Source: Leucoraja erinacea | Taxonomy: Eukaryota | DNA: 64,000 nucleotides | Reading direction: 5' to 3' | NCBI RefSeq assembly: GCF_028641065.1 | Contig: NC_073378.1 | Coordinates: forward strand, 108,252,001 to 108,316,000 | Shown here: one piece after another, positions 39,083 to 53,299 of the stretch | Position numbering within the stretch: position 1 is the stretch's first letter | Layout of the letters: each line of letters starts with the position of its first letter | Program-made: the position numbers and the translations under genes | The notes under the pieces: model-generated | The model's input: the letters and a program-made list of their open reading frames with translations, nothing else | Told to the model about the DNA's origin: nothing | Database searches by the model: none

Positions 39083-39419
39083 CTTAACAGAAGTATAGCA
39101 GAAATCATGACATTTCAACTATAATAAAGATAACTGGTCACTTGAAAAAACAAATAGATCAGCGTTGTCAGTTGGGGCTCTATTGACGACATGAGCATTG
39201 AACATGCCTCTTATTATAATTAATCAAATCTCAAATTATTGGCCTGTCAGTGCATGTTTATTTAAGAACACTAGCATCTCCGATATGTGCATTCGGAATA
39301 TGTAAGAGCGGCTTACGCACACCCCCACTCCACATTAAGACGGGACGGACGGGGTTGGAACGTGATTTCTAGCTTCAGGGTTCATGGGAGGTTCAATCAT
39401 CTTCCGATGACCTACTCAC

Positions 39420-40085
39420 CTTGGAGCCAACACCAATACCTCTCTACTCCCCGATCAAGAAGGTTCATCAGCGTCTCTTCTTCCTGAGGAGACTGAAGAA
39501 GGTCCATCTGTCTCCTCAGATCCTGGTGAACTTCTACCGCTGCACCATCGAGAGCATCCTTACCACCTGCATCACAGTATGGTATGGCAACTGCTCTGTC
39601 TCCGCCCGGTCGAAGGCCATTGCAGAGGGTGGTGAAAATTGTACCCAACGCATCACCGGTTCCAACCGGCTCCCCTCCATGAGTCTGTCCAAAGCAAGCG
39701 CTAGTCTGCGGGAGGGGCGCTCAGCATCGCCCAAGTGATGCTTGCTCTCCACCAAACCATGGACCCCCCTGTTTACCCTCGACTAACTCGGTAGGCGCTA
39801 CAGGTATCTTCCGTTGCCGAACCAGCAGTGTCGAGGAAACAGCTTCATTTCCGGCGGCTGTCACTCTTACTAAACAACGTATTCCTCGGTGACTGCCAAT
39901 CTACCACCCCTCCCCCCACCCCCCTTTTACCACACCCCCCCCCCGAACACTTATTTTTTTTTTATTCAAATCGTTTGCTATGTCGCTCGTCAAGGGAGAT
40001 GCTAAATGCATTTCGTTGTCTCTGTACTGTACACCGACAATGACAATTAAAATTGAATCTGAATCTGAATCTGAATCTGAATCAT
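39420..40085 (+). mobile_element. Rex1/Babar-like LINE 3' part
   Basis: KKVHQRLFFLRRLKK...NFYRCTIESILTTCITVWYGNC; (GAATCT)n tail at about 40055-40083. Confidence 0.85.
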
Positions 40086-41039
40086 TCAAGCTGTTGCAAC
40101 ATATTGTAAAGAACCTTAATCAGAATTCCGTACCAAGAATGTAAAGTATAAACATTGATCAGAAAAACTACCCCAATCCACTATAACTCAAGGTACATAG
40201 CCAAAATGTTAATCTTAATTTTTCACTTGGAGTTGACAATGATCCAGAAATAAAATTAAATTACTAAAATTGCAACTAAATAAAATACCAAAAAGTTAAA
40301 AGAAGCGTACTGAATGCAACAAAACACATTTTGAATTCAAATGAAATATATTAGGCCTGCCATCAAATTTTACTTTAAACAAAACATACAAAACCACCCC
40401 GGTTGCCTAAAATTCTCATCCGTTGTTTTTTTTTTTTTTTTTTTTTTTAAATTAAAAACAGGGTTACTGCAGAACTAAGATCCATCAATCGTCAGTCATT
40501 GAACTGCAGTGTGAACCCGAGATAACAAGTGCAAGTGCACTATATTTGATGGCAAGCTCCAATGGGCATCCAATGAAGGCCCACGCGAGGGGGAAATTAT
40601 GGGCCCCTTTGATCAATTCTCGCAGTATAAAAGGCCTTTGACAACCTGCCTGCCCGGCCCAGTACACTACACAAACACTGAAACCTCACAGCTTGGACAA
40701 CACTCACCTCACTCTCCTCCCCCCCACAATTCACCGCTCCGCCCATTCCAACAAACTGCCAACAATAAGTATCTACAACAACATGCCTTGCCGGACAACG
40801 CAGAAACTTGATTCCTTCCCCTATACTCCTTCCAGTGACCCAACAAACAGTGATGAAGGTCATCTCCACTTTGGTCATTCAGCAGCACACTACCTGAAGC
40901 AGGAGTTAAGGGATGTGTTGATCCAACTCTATACAAATGACACTACCCGTGGCAACACCATCAAACAACTGCCTGCCTCACAACAGTCTGATTTATGTAT
41001 CATTTTGGCCTCAACGGCACCTCAGTTGAAAGTAGCATG

Positions 41040-41380
41040 CATGGTGGCGCAGAAGTGGCAGCAGTTAGAGGTGACTGCCTCTACAGTGCCAGAGACCTGG
41101 GTTCAATCATGAACTATGGATGCTGTTTATATGGAGGTTTGTACGTTCTCCCTGTGAGCTGCGTGGGTTTTCTTCTAGGATCTCCGGGTTTTCCCACACT
41201 TCCAAAGGACTTACAGGTTTGCAGGTTAATTGGCCCTTGGGTATCCTATCTGTAAATTGTCACATAGTGCTGTGTAGCGTTTAAGTTAGTGTTACTGTGC
41301 CCAATTGAAGTGCCCTGATCAGGTTGAGACTCAGTAGGCCGCAAAGGTTTTGTTTGGTGGGCACTGTTATCGTTCTATAT
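41040..41380 (+). mobile_element. Degraded tRNA-derived SINE copy (another at about 44270-44540)
   Basis: ggtggcgcag...agagacctgggttcaatc...gtttgtacgttctccctgtgagctgcgtggg. Confidence 0.7.
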
Positions 41381-42270
41381 AACTACACACCCCAAAAATT
41401 AAACCAGTTGTTGAGTGCCCCCCCCCCCCCCCCAACCCAGGACCCCCCAAAATTAATAAGAGTACACCCTTTATATTGACATGAATCCCATTTATTTCTT
41501 CACTACAATAGAACTTATATTACTTTTAGTTGGGGGGAGGCTAGAACCAGGGCGCCACCGTTTTAGTTGACTAAGAATAGCGGCTGTCAGAGCCATTTAG
41601 AATCGGAGACGACAGGAAACACTTTTTCCACTACAGACTTGTGTTTTGTTTTGTGTGGAATTCTCAGCCGATAGATGCAGCGGTGAAGGGCCGCCGCAGG
41701 CCGGTCCTCTGGATACTTTCCCCACCTGCGAGAGCTAGCTAGGGCTCCTAAGCATAGCGGCCCCAGTCAGGGGAATAGGGGGAGAAGGAGTAGGCACACG
41801 GTGCGGCGTGGGGGCGGCTACGATTTGGTGATTCAGCTAGAACATGATCCACATGGATAGGAGCGCGAGATCCCGCCGCTCGAACGCGGCCGAGATGAGC
41901 TTCTCCTCTGAACCCATCCATTGTCTAGAGTAGTCAGGGCATTTACTTGGAACTTTTCCCTTCTTCCAGGAAACAAAGCAGTTAACCCACCCCAGACATT
42001 CCATTCATATGACATATATGTGCTATATGAACCTAGATCCACAAAAACGAAATTCATACCTGCCAAGGAGAGATTTTACCCTTTTTGCTGTGTCCTACAA
42101 ATATACAATATTCAACAAAGCCCATGTGACAATTAATTAACCTGATACAAATTGATAATGAAAACCATATAAGCATGGATTTTGTTGAATAATATTGTTC
42201 CATTTGCTATTGCACCATAAGCTTAGACCAACGGAAACTATGTCTACATAGATGACCGAACCCGTTAAGC

Positions 42271-42426
42271 CAGATGTCAGACTGGTGCTCATGTCACATT
42301 CCACAGGGACAACCCCGGTATCAACCTCCAGTGTCCATGCCATGGGGATCGCTAGGGAACGTCCCGGTACTCTTTTTCCCTGAACGCCGGAAGCACTCGT
42401 TAAGGTTACTGCCACAGGACAGACTC
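42271..42426 (-). CDS. Link/fibrinogen-like gene: domain 1, exon a (frameshifted)
   Basis: cattag| acceptor. Reads LSCG...CFRRSGKKSTGTFP.DP.GMDTG...VVPVECDMSTSLTS, parallel to YVIDPDG...VFCDMTS of domain 2. Confidence 0.65.
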
Positions 42427-44559
42427 CTAATGTGTGTAACATTTTTTTATCAAAGTAAGATGTGAGGAATATCTTGTAACCTCCAGTCTTTAGTCAAAAA
42501 AAGTCATCATTTAAGTGCTCCACTGTTTGGTTTGCACCATGGTCTGTTGCGATTTTCATAGTTTGGAGCATTGTATATTCCCTACTGTTTTTCTACAGGA
42601 TACAGTAGTCACTGACTCACTTCCAGAGTTATACGCACAGATTATGGCATACCATGTTTGCCGCAGAATGAACAACCCCTCGCTTCACATTCATTGTGAT
42701 TTTAAGGTCTGAAGGGGGGGGGGGGGGAGGGCTGATTGAGTTTAATAGCGAAATGAGGGGTTAGTTTTTCTTCCACCCACAAGGTGTGGGTTATGCAACG
42801 ATGCCTGTCAGACGAGACGTGGTGGGCCTGTTGTATCACGTGACAGTGTTTAAGTAACATTTAGACAAGTACTTGAATTGCCCGGACCAGACTTTCAGAC
42901 GGAATTATGGACCAATAAAATGCAGGCCAGGTGGGACTAGTATAGAACGGGCGCGGCCAGTGTGGGCACAAATTTGGACCGGCCTGCAACGGTCTGCTTG
43001 CCACAATGTAAATCTATGCTTTATTTAATTACATTGTCACAACGCTGATCTGAATACAGTCACGTGGGAAGGAGGAACACCAGTCTTGGCATATAACAGA
43101 GGGAATAAATAGATACATAGAAATTTAAAACGACTAGCTACCGTGGGCTGCCCACACTGCAAGCACACTATTTGGTACTTGAGTTATTTCGCTACTGCCA
43201 CGTTAGGACACAGAGGATACAGTTACCAGCGATATTGCTGCAACTGCAAATTGGACATCAGATTTCCCGGGTTACTATCTCACATATAAGGCCTCATATT
43301 TGGGTGAGAGTGCGTGTTTTCTTGCCCCTTTGCTGCACATGCATCAGAACCCTGTTAACACATACCCAAACCAGGCGCAGTGGTGTCACTTGAGACACTA
43401 CCAATGCTTTTAACAGCTCGCTAATGTCCCGTGGATCTCACTTTGACATGGAGGGAAGTGTAAGTTGGCTCTGTCCCGACTTGCGGCCGTCATTTGCGCG
43501 TTGTTCACGCATTTGGTGCGACGTGTGAGGTGAGATTTTGATGAATCCCAAACACTCCTGGGGCACCGCCACTGCCGTGAACGCGCAACTCGTCTGTCAT
43601 ACGCAACCTACGCTGTCTCACCACACTAGACCTATACATTAGAAAAAGGTGCCAGAGTTAGTGATGGCCATTCGGCCGTGCGGTGTACTCGCTGCATCGC
43701 GCATTTTGCTAATATGATCAGGGCCCCCCCCGATGATCATCCAAATCAATAGCAATGATACTTGCCGCCTCCTCTCCCATATACCCCCTGATCCCTTTAG
43801 CCATCAAGCGGGGCCAATATACATACCTCTCGCTCTTTAATATCCAGCAAAGGAATGAATGGCCCTCAACTACTACTTCGGTTTCTTCTGGCAGAGGATT
43901 TACACACGAGTCACAACACTCTCTGTGTAAAAAAAAATAAAAATTCGTTGTGATTTTCCTCCCATCCTCGGTATCCTACACAAGTTTCATACCTTGATCC
44001 TTAAACTGCTGACACCCTTGTTCACATTGAGCCATTGCTGCGCCGTGGTAATGCAACGACCCTGTGTAAGCTATCACGTGCGTGTGTGCATCGTGACGCT
44101 AAATGATCTCGCGTAAATGAACGCGAAAAGGACGCCAAGATGCGTGTCCGCGACTTCAGTTTGCAATTGGGTACGTAAACTACCCAAAATTAGTTTACAT
44201 GCCAGTGATAGTCATGGGTGTCGGATCCGATGCACAGGAAATTGCCGTCCCAAAAACACACAGTGACCACAGTGGCGTAAGTAGTTAGAGTGCCTGCTGC
44301 ATACAGTGACTGGAGAACCAGGGGAAAGATTGACGGCTTATTCGCTTACGGAGTTTGCACATTCTTAGTGACCCCCACGGACCGGTTTTCCTCCGGGAGC
44401 TCCGGTTCGTTACCACACAAAAAGTGTATGGATTGCGTAGGTAGGTTAATTGGCTCTCGTGTGAATACCCTAAGTGCTGTAGGATAGGGAGGCTGTACAG
44501 GCGTTGATCGCTGGCTAGCCAACTGTTGGACATCGGCTTGCGGTTGGTACGAATGCCTA

Positions 44560-45110
44560 CCGAGGCGCGCACATGATGATGAAAGAATGGTCTTATATTC
44601 AATGGATATTTAGAATGACTCTTTATAGGAAACATTATACACATATTTATTGCGGGAGAATCTTGTAGTAAAAATATCAGATTACCTTTCAGGAATTGAC
44701 ACAGGCTAGATGCAGGGTAAAATGTTCTCCTTGCTGCGTGAGAGGAGTCACAGAACCTGATCATCCGATGATGGATAAGCGGCTAGGCCATTTGGAATGA
44801 CGGCTGAGGAAAGACTTATTCAACTTTAGAGGGCTGCATGAAATCCATGAATTCTCCACCACAGAAGGGCATGTGGAGCGCCCAATTCACCCTGGATGTA
44901 TTCATGAGAGAGTTAGTGATATACGCTTTAAGAGGCTAACGCAGAAATATAGGGATATGGCGGAGAACACGTCCAGGAAAGCGTCGGTACGTGTTTTTTC
45001 TGGATATCTGCCCGATCAAATCAGCACGCATAGTATGAATGTCGGTGCTGGCTTTCGACAGACCGGCTGACATGGACTACTCATAGACACCTATTTCTTC
45101 TATGTTTCTA
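44560..45110 (+). mobile_element. Heavily degraded CR1 3' fragment
   Basis: gacacaggctagatgcaggg...gagagagttag...acctatttcttctatgtttcta. Confidence 0.55.
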
Positions 45111-48100
45111 GGCTGCTATCACTTACTACAACTAAATGCCACAGCACCACACTAACCACAATCCACATCAAAACTGTGTGGAGAGATCGAAGGTGCAAAC
45201 TGGCCCAGAGAGTAGCAAGGTTCTCTACCCCCCCCAGTGTGGACGACAAGCATGACCAATAGATGAGTTCAATTAACTTAACAATAAATCTATAGACGCG
45301 TTGGTCAGATAACCAATCCAGACATGCTCCGGTTTTATCCAGCAGTAAGAGGTTGAAGGAGGAGGATTTCAATTGCTTTTCGAATACAGCAAGAAAATGA
45401 CTTTACCAACTTGGTAACTGAATATAATGCTTCCTGCATCTTGGTTTAGCTCAATTAGTGTGGTTAACTCGCCCCTTACCTGGATATTTATGGAAATGGA
45501 AAACTCACGGTACGACAGCCTCATAGGTGGGATTAAGAATAATAACTGTGGTAAATTACAAACAAGAGGCGTGGAAGAAATTTCTCCTTTTACTTTTAGG
45601 TAAAAATCCGTCCTGTCAACTGTGTCCACCCCATGAGTCCGTTTAAGCTCCTTTGTATGTTTCATGTGGACACGTGGTGATGACAGATGAGAACTGGGTT
45701 CCAAACACGATATTGTGAAATATTGGCTCTGCACCACCCAGTCAGTCCATGTACCGATCCAGAAGAACTTTCCGTTGAGTGTGTAATATATGGATATGTG
45801 TTCGAGAGGGACTACCAGGGCCATAGATGACCTCCGCTTCAGCACGGTTGCCATTGCACAGGTCTCTCTTTTCCTTTTAACGTTCCAACGTCCTGCACCG
45901 TCACCTCACTTCCCTATCTACTTTAATCTACGCGAGTGCCTGTTGAATCTCAAGCCCCACTTCCCCTCCCTTTTGAAAAACCCCCCCCCGCCACTATGGA
46001 GATACTGCCGGAGTACATGACATTCTGTGCAAATCGCCGAAGTGACCGTACCCTGTAGCTGATATGTTCCTGCGTATTAGTTTTACCCGACAATTGATCC
46101 TTTTGTTTCCAACAGCCTAGTCTTATCCCTCCCCTGCCATTACATTCTGACGTCCCGCTCTGCTCTCAGTTGCTTACCTTTCTTTCCCGTTTACCTTCCT
46201 TCGCGGCCCCCTTGATTGATAATCCCCATTACCCGTTTTTTCACTCCCTTTCGCGTCCTAACTCCCCTTCGATGCTTACCTCGCGTGGACACGTGTGTGG
46301 GTAGTGTATGCCCGTGTCACAATACTTGTTGTTTACCCGCTAGTCTGCGGAGAAGGCCCCACGTCATTGTACCTTTGAGCCCGCGCGCGGGTAATGGCCG
46401 CTCAGTTCAGATGAAAGACTGCGCGATTGTTTCTCTTTCCCAGCGCTGTATTTTCTGACCTTCTGAATTTTCCCACCACACCCAAACGGCTGTTGTTTAT
46501 TATCCTCGATTTGCCCAAATCCTACCTAAGTTTGGATGGTTTTTTTGGTTTTCCATTGCATTATTTTGGGTGTGCACCTGGACTATTCTAAGTTCCACCG
46601 GTTTAGTTTCCGAGGTATAGCCCTGCCAAACAGCCGTTGCTCAGTTTATCACGCTACACAATGACCAGCATATATCCTGGTCCGACGATCATGCTGGAGA
46701 AACTCAGAGGGTGTTTTTTGCAGCATCTCTGGAGCGCAGGGACACGGCTGTTGGGTCGACACTTCCCTACATTTTATATCATTGCCGCATATCTTATCGG
46801 ACCCCTCCATCGTTTGAAGCAGGGTTTCTCGATTTCCCAACGGAACCATTCCCTCCAGAGAGGGGGCCTCGCCCTTGGTTATGTTATCAGCTTTGTGGCT
46901 CTATCCGGGGTGGTTCACAGTAAACATGCAGTCCTATCTAACCTATCTTATTTACCTTGTAGCATATAGCGGGTCGGCGCCCTAGTTGGCGCCACACTCC
47001 AACCACATACACAACCTTCCAGCTACGGCACCGTCTATGGGTCCTATGTCTTGTCTTCCGCCCCATTTGTCCCTACAGATCCAAATTCTTATACGCCCCA
47101 TGGCTATATACATAGTCTGGCCTCTCTCAATACCGCCGATCTATCTGGCCTATTAGTTTTATACAGTAGCAGGGCCAGAAACTGCCGGCACACTACTAGT
47201 CATGCTAACGCGCTGTGGCCCTTAGTCTAGCCCAACAGCCGAGAATTCAATCAGCGGTGTGGAGAGCTGTGCCCCCATGCTTCCCTTCTGTAGGGTTCAC
47301 AGAGCTGGATGTAAGTGCTTTGCCCCGTTGCTGCCTGAGACCACAGTCTAGGTCCCGTGTCGAGTCGCTACGCAGCGCTGCTCCTACGCGTGGATTGATC
47401 TCCGTCGCCATCGTGGTGTCGCCAGATTTATCGGTCCCCAGTCATCTATCTGCTCCCCCCCTTGCCCCGCACAGCCATACTATTTTAGTCTGCGGCACAA
47501 CCATGTTTTTGTCGAACTCAATCAGCTCCTACTCTCCAGAATACCTCCCTATATTTTGTCCTGTTTAGTTTCCGCCCACAGGCAAACACAATGCTTTGTG
47601 CGTCTTAATCATCTTCTTCATGTGGCATTGATCTTTGACGATCCGAACGCGAGAACCACACCATCAAGACACAGGCCTCTCGTTCCAGCCGATCAGCCCG
47701 CACAGTACTTCCCCCCCCGGTAAACAGCCCTCCGATCTCGTATCCTCTCTTTTGCAACTTTATTCGCATTCGATTTCTTCAATTCCCCTCACATGGCGTT
47801 CTACCCGCATGGACCCAGGCCTTCAGCACCCCCCTGCCTGCTCCGTGCCCACAATCCTGCTCATCTTATACCCGTATCTTTTGGGAGTCTGTTGACTGGC
47901 TTCCATGTCCTCGCCTGTCCCCAAGGTTTGTCCCCAGGGGTGTGAGTTCCGCTCCTGACTATTCCTCTGCCCGGTATCCTCCTACAATTTCCATCTAGCT
48001 GTAGGTCTTCCTCGCTGCCAACACCCATCAGTTGTTGTTCCATGGGGTCGCCTGCGTTTCTGCCAGGTAATACATTGATTGACTTGCTATACCCCCATAG

Positions 48101-51100
48101 CCACCTACGCTGTTGCGGTCTACAATCCTTCCGTGGTTCAATGAGCTGCTGCATCTGACAGACATCTGCACTCGTGGGATTTTACACGGCGCGGTTTAGG
48201 TTATGTTGCGCTGCCCCCCCTGTGTGGCGCCCACGCTTATGTGTATGAACTATTCATGTCGCAGTGGTTCTTTTGAATTTCTCACTCCCGGTACTAGCCC
48301 ATTGTTCGATGGCGTGGGGTTCCCCCCCAAACTGTTTCGATATGTAGGGCAGCCGTGCTTGCGCGTTGTGCTTCTTCCCTATCTACGCAAGAGAGATGGT
48401 ATGTAGAATTACTCAATTTCGTCATCATACTGTGTGCCATGACGACAAAAGCGTCACTCGCCCTAACACGCCCTATTTCGTGTTGTAACCCTTCTATCTT
48501 TTGCGTGATTGCCTACGTACCCTCTTTTTAAGCGAGTTATAGACTCCCAGTGCGGCATCCCAAGTCCCGTGGTCACAACGCCCTCGCCTTTTTTGTGTGT
48601 GTGTTTTGTGGGGAACCCCCCGACACCAAAACATAGTCGTCCCATGTTCATGTCTGTGGATCTCGAATGTACACAAGATTTAGATCAACTCCAGCTCGCC
48701 GCGCACACCGCTCATAGCTTCGCGGCGCTTCCTCTCGGTGCGGCTGTCCACTGGGTGGGTAGGATTGTGGACTAGTGTGGTGTCTGCTGCTCCCTAAAGA
48801 CTTGTGTAGCTTACAAGCCCTGACATCTTGGAAGCAGCGCCTGAGCTGGTCCTAGGGGGCGCTTTGTGCGCCCACTTCACCCCGGGATTTATGTTTATAC
48901 CTACCCTTGTCCCTTCCAACCTGTGTACGGAGCATTACACTGGCAAAATATTTTCCTATGGTCCATTAACACGATTACTTTTATAGTTCCTTTTTTCTAA
49001 CATCTGAATTCCATTTGGTCTGTATCGTACCCAGCATTTTATTCCTTGCGCTTATGGCTAATCCGTTCATCCATCTAGTTTCCCCTGCGAGAACACACTA
49101 CCCCGTATCCCCCCCCCCCCGCATTGTTTTCGCTGCAGCTCTATTGTTTTTTGTTAGCGCCGATGACCATTCGTTTCACCAGTCTTAGCGGGGCTTGCTT
49201 TTGCTCCCTCCCCTCTCTGCTTATTAATTTTCTTCCCTGTGTTCGCTCCGTTCCTGTTCCGACTTGCACCTTCTCCTATTTCCCTTCCAACAGCTGAACC
49301 CACACGGGACGTCTACAACCAATCCCCCTATCCAGTCCCTCACATGTATCACGAGTATCCGGCATTTTTGGTGTGTCCCAACTCACAGACGATCTTCTAT
49401 CTTTTCCCGTCGTCTAATGCCCGAAGGGTTGCCCTGAATGGACATTCGTCCTATGTTACTTCGTCAGCTGCTGTCTCCCTTTGGCCCCTTACTCCTACCC
49501 TTGTGTGTTGTAGGTTTGCTTTGGTCCCCGCGTGGGCCATTTCGCTAGACCCGCCCCCCCAAACGCCTGCTTGCATTACGCCCCTCCCCTTCACCTCATT
49601 CTGACCTTTTTGCACCCCTTAATCCCTGCATGTTCACTCCTGGTGGGATGTCCCGCTCTTTTTTAGTTCTATGCTCTGGCTTCCTGGGTCACAGTCCCGT
49701 GAATTATGGTCCGTTTACTCGCGTACGCGCGCCGCTGGCACCACCCGCCTCTGGCCCAAGGTCATGGGCTTTTTTTTGATCCCTTGTCCTCTTTTTTAAT
49801 TCTCTACCCCTCCTCTACACTCGGGCATTTACGCCCACTCCTAATTAGATCCTTATTTATCTGTGAGTGGGGGCCTTATGGAGACACACTCCCGCCAACC
49901 TTTTTTTTTTAGTCCCGGGAGAATGTGCCCCCTCCCCCCCTGTCATGGAAACCGCTAGGCTTTGGGGCTCTGTCTTTCTCGTTCTGTGCCGAGTTTCCCG
50001 GACTACTCTCTCATCACCTAGTTGTCTGTGGTATTATACCGCACGGAACACCGCCTCCATGGCCTGCTCCCTGACTACGGACTGGATTGTTTACCCACGC
50101 TTTACCGCCCTTTGACGTTTTGTTTTCGCTGTTTTGTGTAATCCTGTGTTGTTTCGCTTTCCGCAGATCATTTAGCATTTTATTTTTCTCGCAATGGCGT
50201 GGGCACCGCTCGCCCCCACCGACAAAGTTCCCCTACATTTAGTTGTTGCTGCGCGTGATATTTAGAGCTTAATCCGACTTGTCTCTCTCTCACCCTTTGC
50301 CACGCAACACCACACGAGAGTCGCCCCCGGCCGCTGACCTCCACACATTATTCGACTCAAAGGGCTATCCACCTCCCTCTACCATCTAATGTGCTCAGGT
50401 TTTAACCAGAATGGACACGTGACAGCTAGGAGATTGACATCGCTTCTCCATGACGCAACCAAGACAGGGGACAGGAAGTGAATTTACAAAGACGCTTCCT
50501 AAAACCTCACGCAAACAGTGAGAGGTTTTTAGTGATCTTTAGTTCACCGGATCCCCCGACCGTTGTATACATCGCCCGGCCTTTCAGCCCTAGGGCGGCA
50601 TGAGTCAGGCGTATCGGATGATCAGAGGTTTCTTTCGAATTTACCCGAAAATCGGGTAGACCCCCGCCCCCCCCTCACGTCACCTGTGTGGTGGGTATGT
50701 GAGCGGATGTAAGGGGGGTGTGTGCGGGGTGAGCCCGTCACCACGCATTCGGTGTGGTCTGCGCGCGCGCAGGTGGGTTGTAGATGGGCCCGTGAGGCAG
50801 ATGTGCCTACGTGAGGGTGCACTCGTATAGCGTGCGTGTGCCCGGTGACATGTGCGGTCTTCGGTACAGACCATTGTGCCCGGGCAGGTGCGGGCTGTGT
50901 GCATGTCTGGTTTGGGGTTCATGGTGGTATGTGTCGTGGTATGTGTATGCGCGCATGTGTGTGTTGTATTTGAGCTGTGCGAATGCTGTTGTGCTGTATC
51001 GGTGTGCAGGCGCTGCGCTGGGAGAGTGTCAATCACGCGCAGACAGCACTTCACACAGCGTAGGGCAAGTGCTAGGACAGTCTCAGCTGTCAAATGTGTG

Positions 51101-53299
51101 TGAACGCGAGCCGCGGGTATGGTACTCGGTGTTGTGTCCTGTGTGTCCGTGCGTGTGGTGTCACATGTGGTCATAATAGCCAACTAAATAACAGATGGTT
51201 AGCGTGGACCTTTTGACGACATGTTGTGATAGAAGCAGTTGCCCGCGATTGTTAGGTTCAAAAGCTGTCTAATAAATTGTTGTTTGTTGTCCGCTGGCTA
51301 GGAACACGCTGTCATCAGTTGTGCGACTTTTGCGTCTTGCGGGGTTGTTGAGTTTGTATGTGATGGCGTGTCTTTGTACGTATCCCGACGAAGAAGAAAG
51401 ACACCCCAGTTTAGAGACGAAAGGTTCTAGCTTGGTCCGCGGAGGGGAAAGTTTGACCAATCCAAGAATTAATCCACTCCCATCTGACCCGCACCAGAGG
51501 TAACTATTATCCAGCTGAGGTCGGGATCGCTTATGCAGGTCAGATGTGTTAAGTGCATAATAGAGCATTACCATGCGATTCTATACACCCTTCCTCACCC
51601 CGATGCCAATAACAAAATTTTTCCCATCCCTGACTAGAACAAGGGCGCCCGATGGACCCTGTGTCTGTAGAGTGCACAGCCCCCGAGCGGAGGTTTTATC
51701 GACTTCGACGCACAGGATCGGGTGCGTGATTTAATTGTCCCGCTTCCTCCGCGACCCAACTTTTGCGGTCGGCTGGTGGTGTCTAGGCGATGTGTGCTCC
51801 AGCAAAACGGTTCCCTACCGTGGGTCAGGATGTGTGCGTACGGACGCTTCGCGGCGAGTCCTTGGGGGTTTGGAGAGCCCCCGGGGCGCTAGCCTTCCAA
51901 GTCCTGTAAAAATAGAAGCAGTTTAAATAGCCAATGACCCGGTGGGCGCTCTAGTCAGGATGATAGTAATCATGGAACCTTGCCCCCCCCCCTGTATCAC
52001 AGTTTCTGTTCTTACCCTGCGTCTCAGACCTGTGTGACCAGAATCTATTCTCCCCTTAATCTGTACCTTGTGCTCCTGCGCAGTTAGCCCGTGTCAGGTT
52101 AATGCCGAAGACAATCTCTGTGGTGCGAGACGTCTGACAGGTACAATACAGCTGTCTTGTTTGGAGTTTCCGATCTTCAAGTAACTCTCGGCTTTTTTTT
52201 TTAGCCGGGATGAACATGGTTTCAAAGCCCAGGACGCCTGTCCCACCCCTGCCCCAGTTTTGCGGCCGACTCACTCTTACCTAGTAAGCCGCGTTCCCCC
52301 CCCCTCCAGACCAGGCCTCCGCTCCCGCGCGCGCTGGGCGCGCCTCCCGCAACCCCGCTGCCTTCCGGGTCCCCTCCCCATTCCCGTCCTCATGGGGTTT
52401 GCCGGGGGCCCGCTCTCGGCTTGCGCTCAATCTTGGTAATGACCTGTCGCACCTGTCAGGGGTGGCTGAACCCAGGCCGCGTTTCTGAGAGCGTGCCACG
52501 CGTGGTTCCTCGACACTGCATTCATCCCCACATGACATAGCCCACCATTCCTCTAACTCCGCGACACCGCTGGCTTGTGTTCCCGCCAGTGTCACCGCCA
52601 TTGCCCGCAACTCCTTTTGCCTAACCCGGGAACCACTTTACCGCGACGCCCAGGGATACAAAGTTTTGGCGTGGAATTCTGTTGGCGAGACAATAACGAT
52701 ATACAGTCCGCAACACACAGGGAAACTAGTCCCTCCAAGTACAATAAAAGCCGAGGTGGTGCGTGTTCGCGTGTCATGGGGTTCCCATGTAGGTGTAATT
52801 CTGGCCTATTTCTCCTCTATCGTAGTCAGAGGATTTCTATCCGTTTTTTCTGTATTCTTTCTTTCCTGAGCTCTATGGTAAGTCTGCTCTTTTCCTTTGG
52901 GGGGTTCTCTTCCTCCAATCTGATGTTTTTTGTGCGATTCTCATCTTTTACCCTGGCTTGTTTGTCGTTATGGGCTTCTCTCTGGTCGATCTCTCTCTCC
53001 TCCTTTTGTTCATTCACGCCTTTCACTCTTCCTTTTCCTCGACACCTCTCTCATTCTCCCCACATCTCTCTTCCCTTCATTCGTCTATTCTTTACCTTTC
53101 TTCTTATCCTTCGCACTCCTTCCCTTATCCTCTTCTCTCTTCCTTTATTTTTCTTGTTAACATTATCCCCTCTCCCTCAACCTCCTCCTTCCACTTTCCA
53201 TCCCCCATCCACTCTCCCTCTCAATCTACTGTCATCTTTCTCCTCCACGCTATCTCTTATTCCGCTATATTACCCTCCCCCTCGTTTTTCCCATAATTT

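Noticed and set aside
26880-42426. Calling the fibrinogen-like exons a CNTNAP gene
   Set aside because: There are two tandem copies and no LamG exons recognised; CNTNAPs have a single copy.
50622-51183. Cys/Val- and His/Thr-rich ORFs
   Set aside because: GT-rich low-complexity sequence in the unreliable zone.
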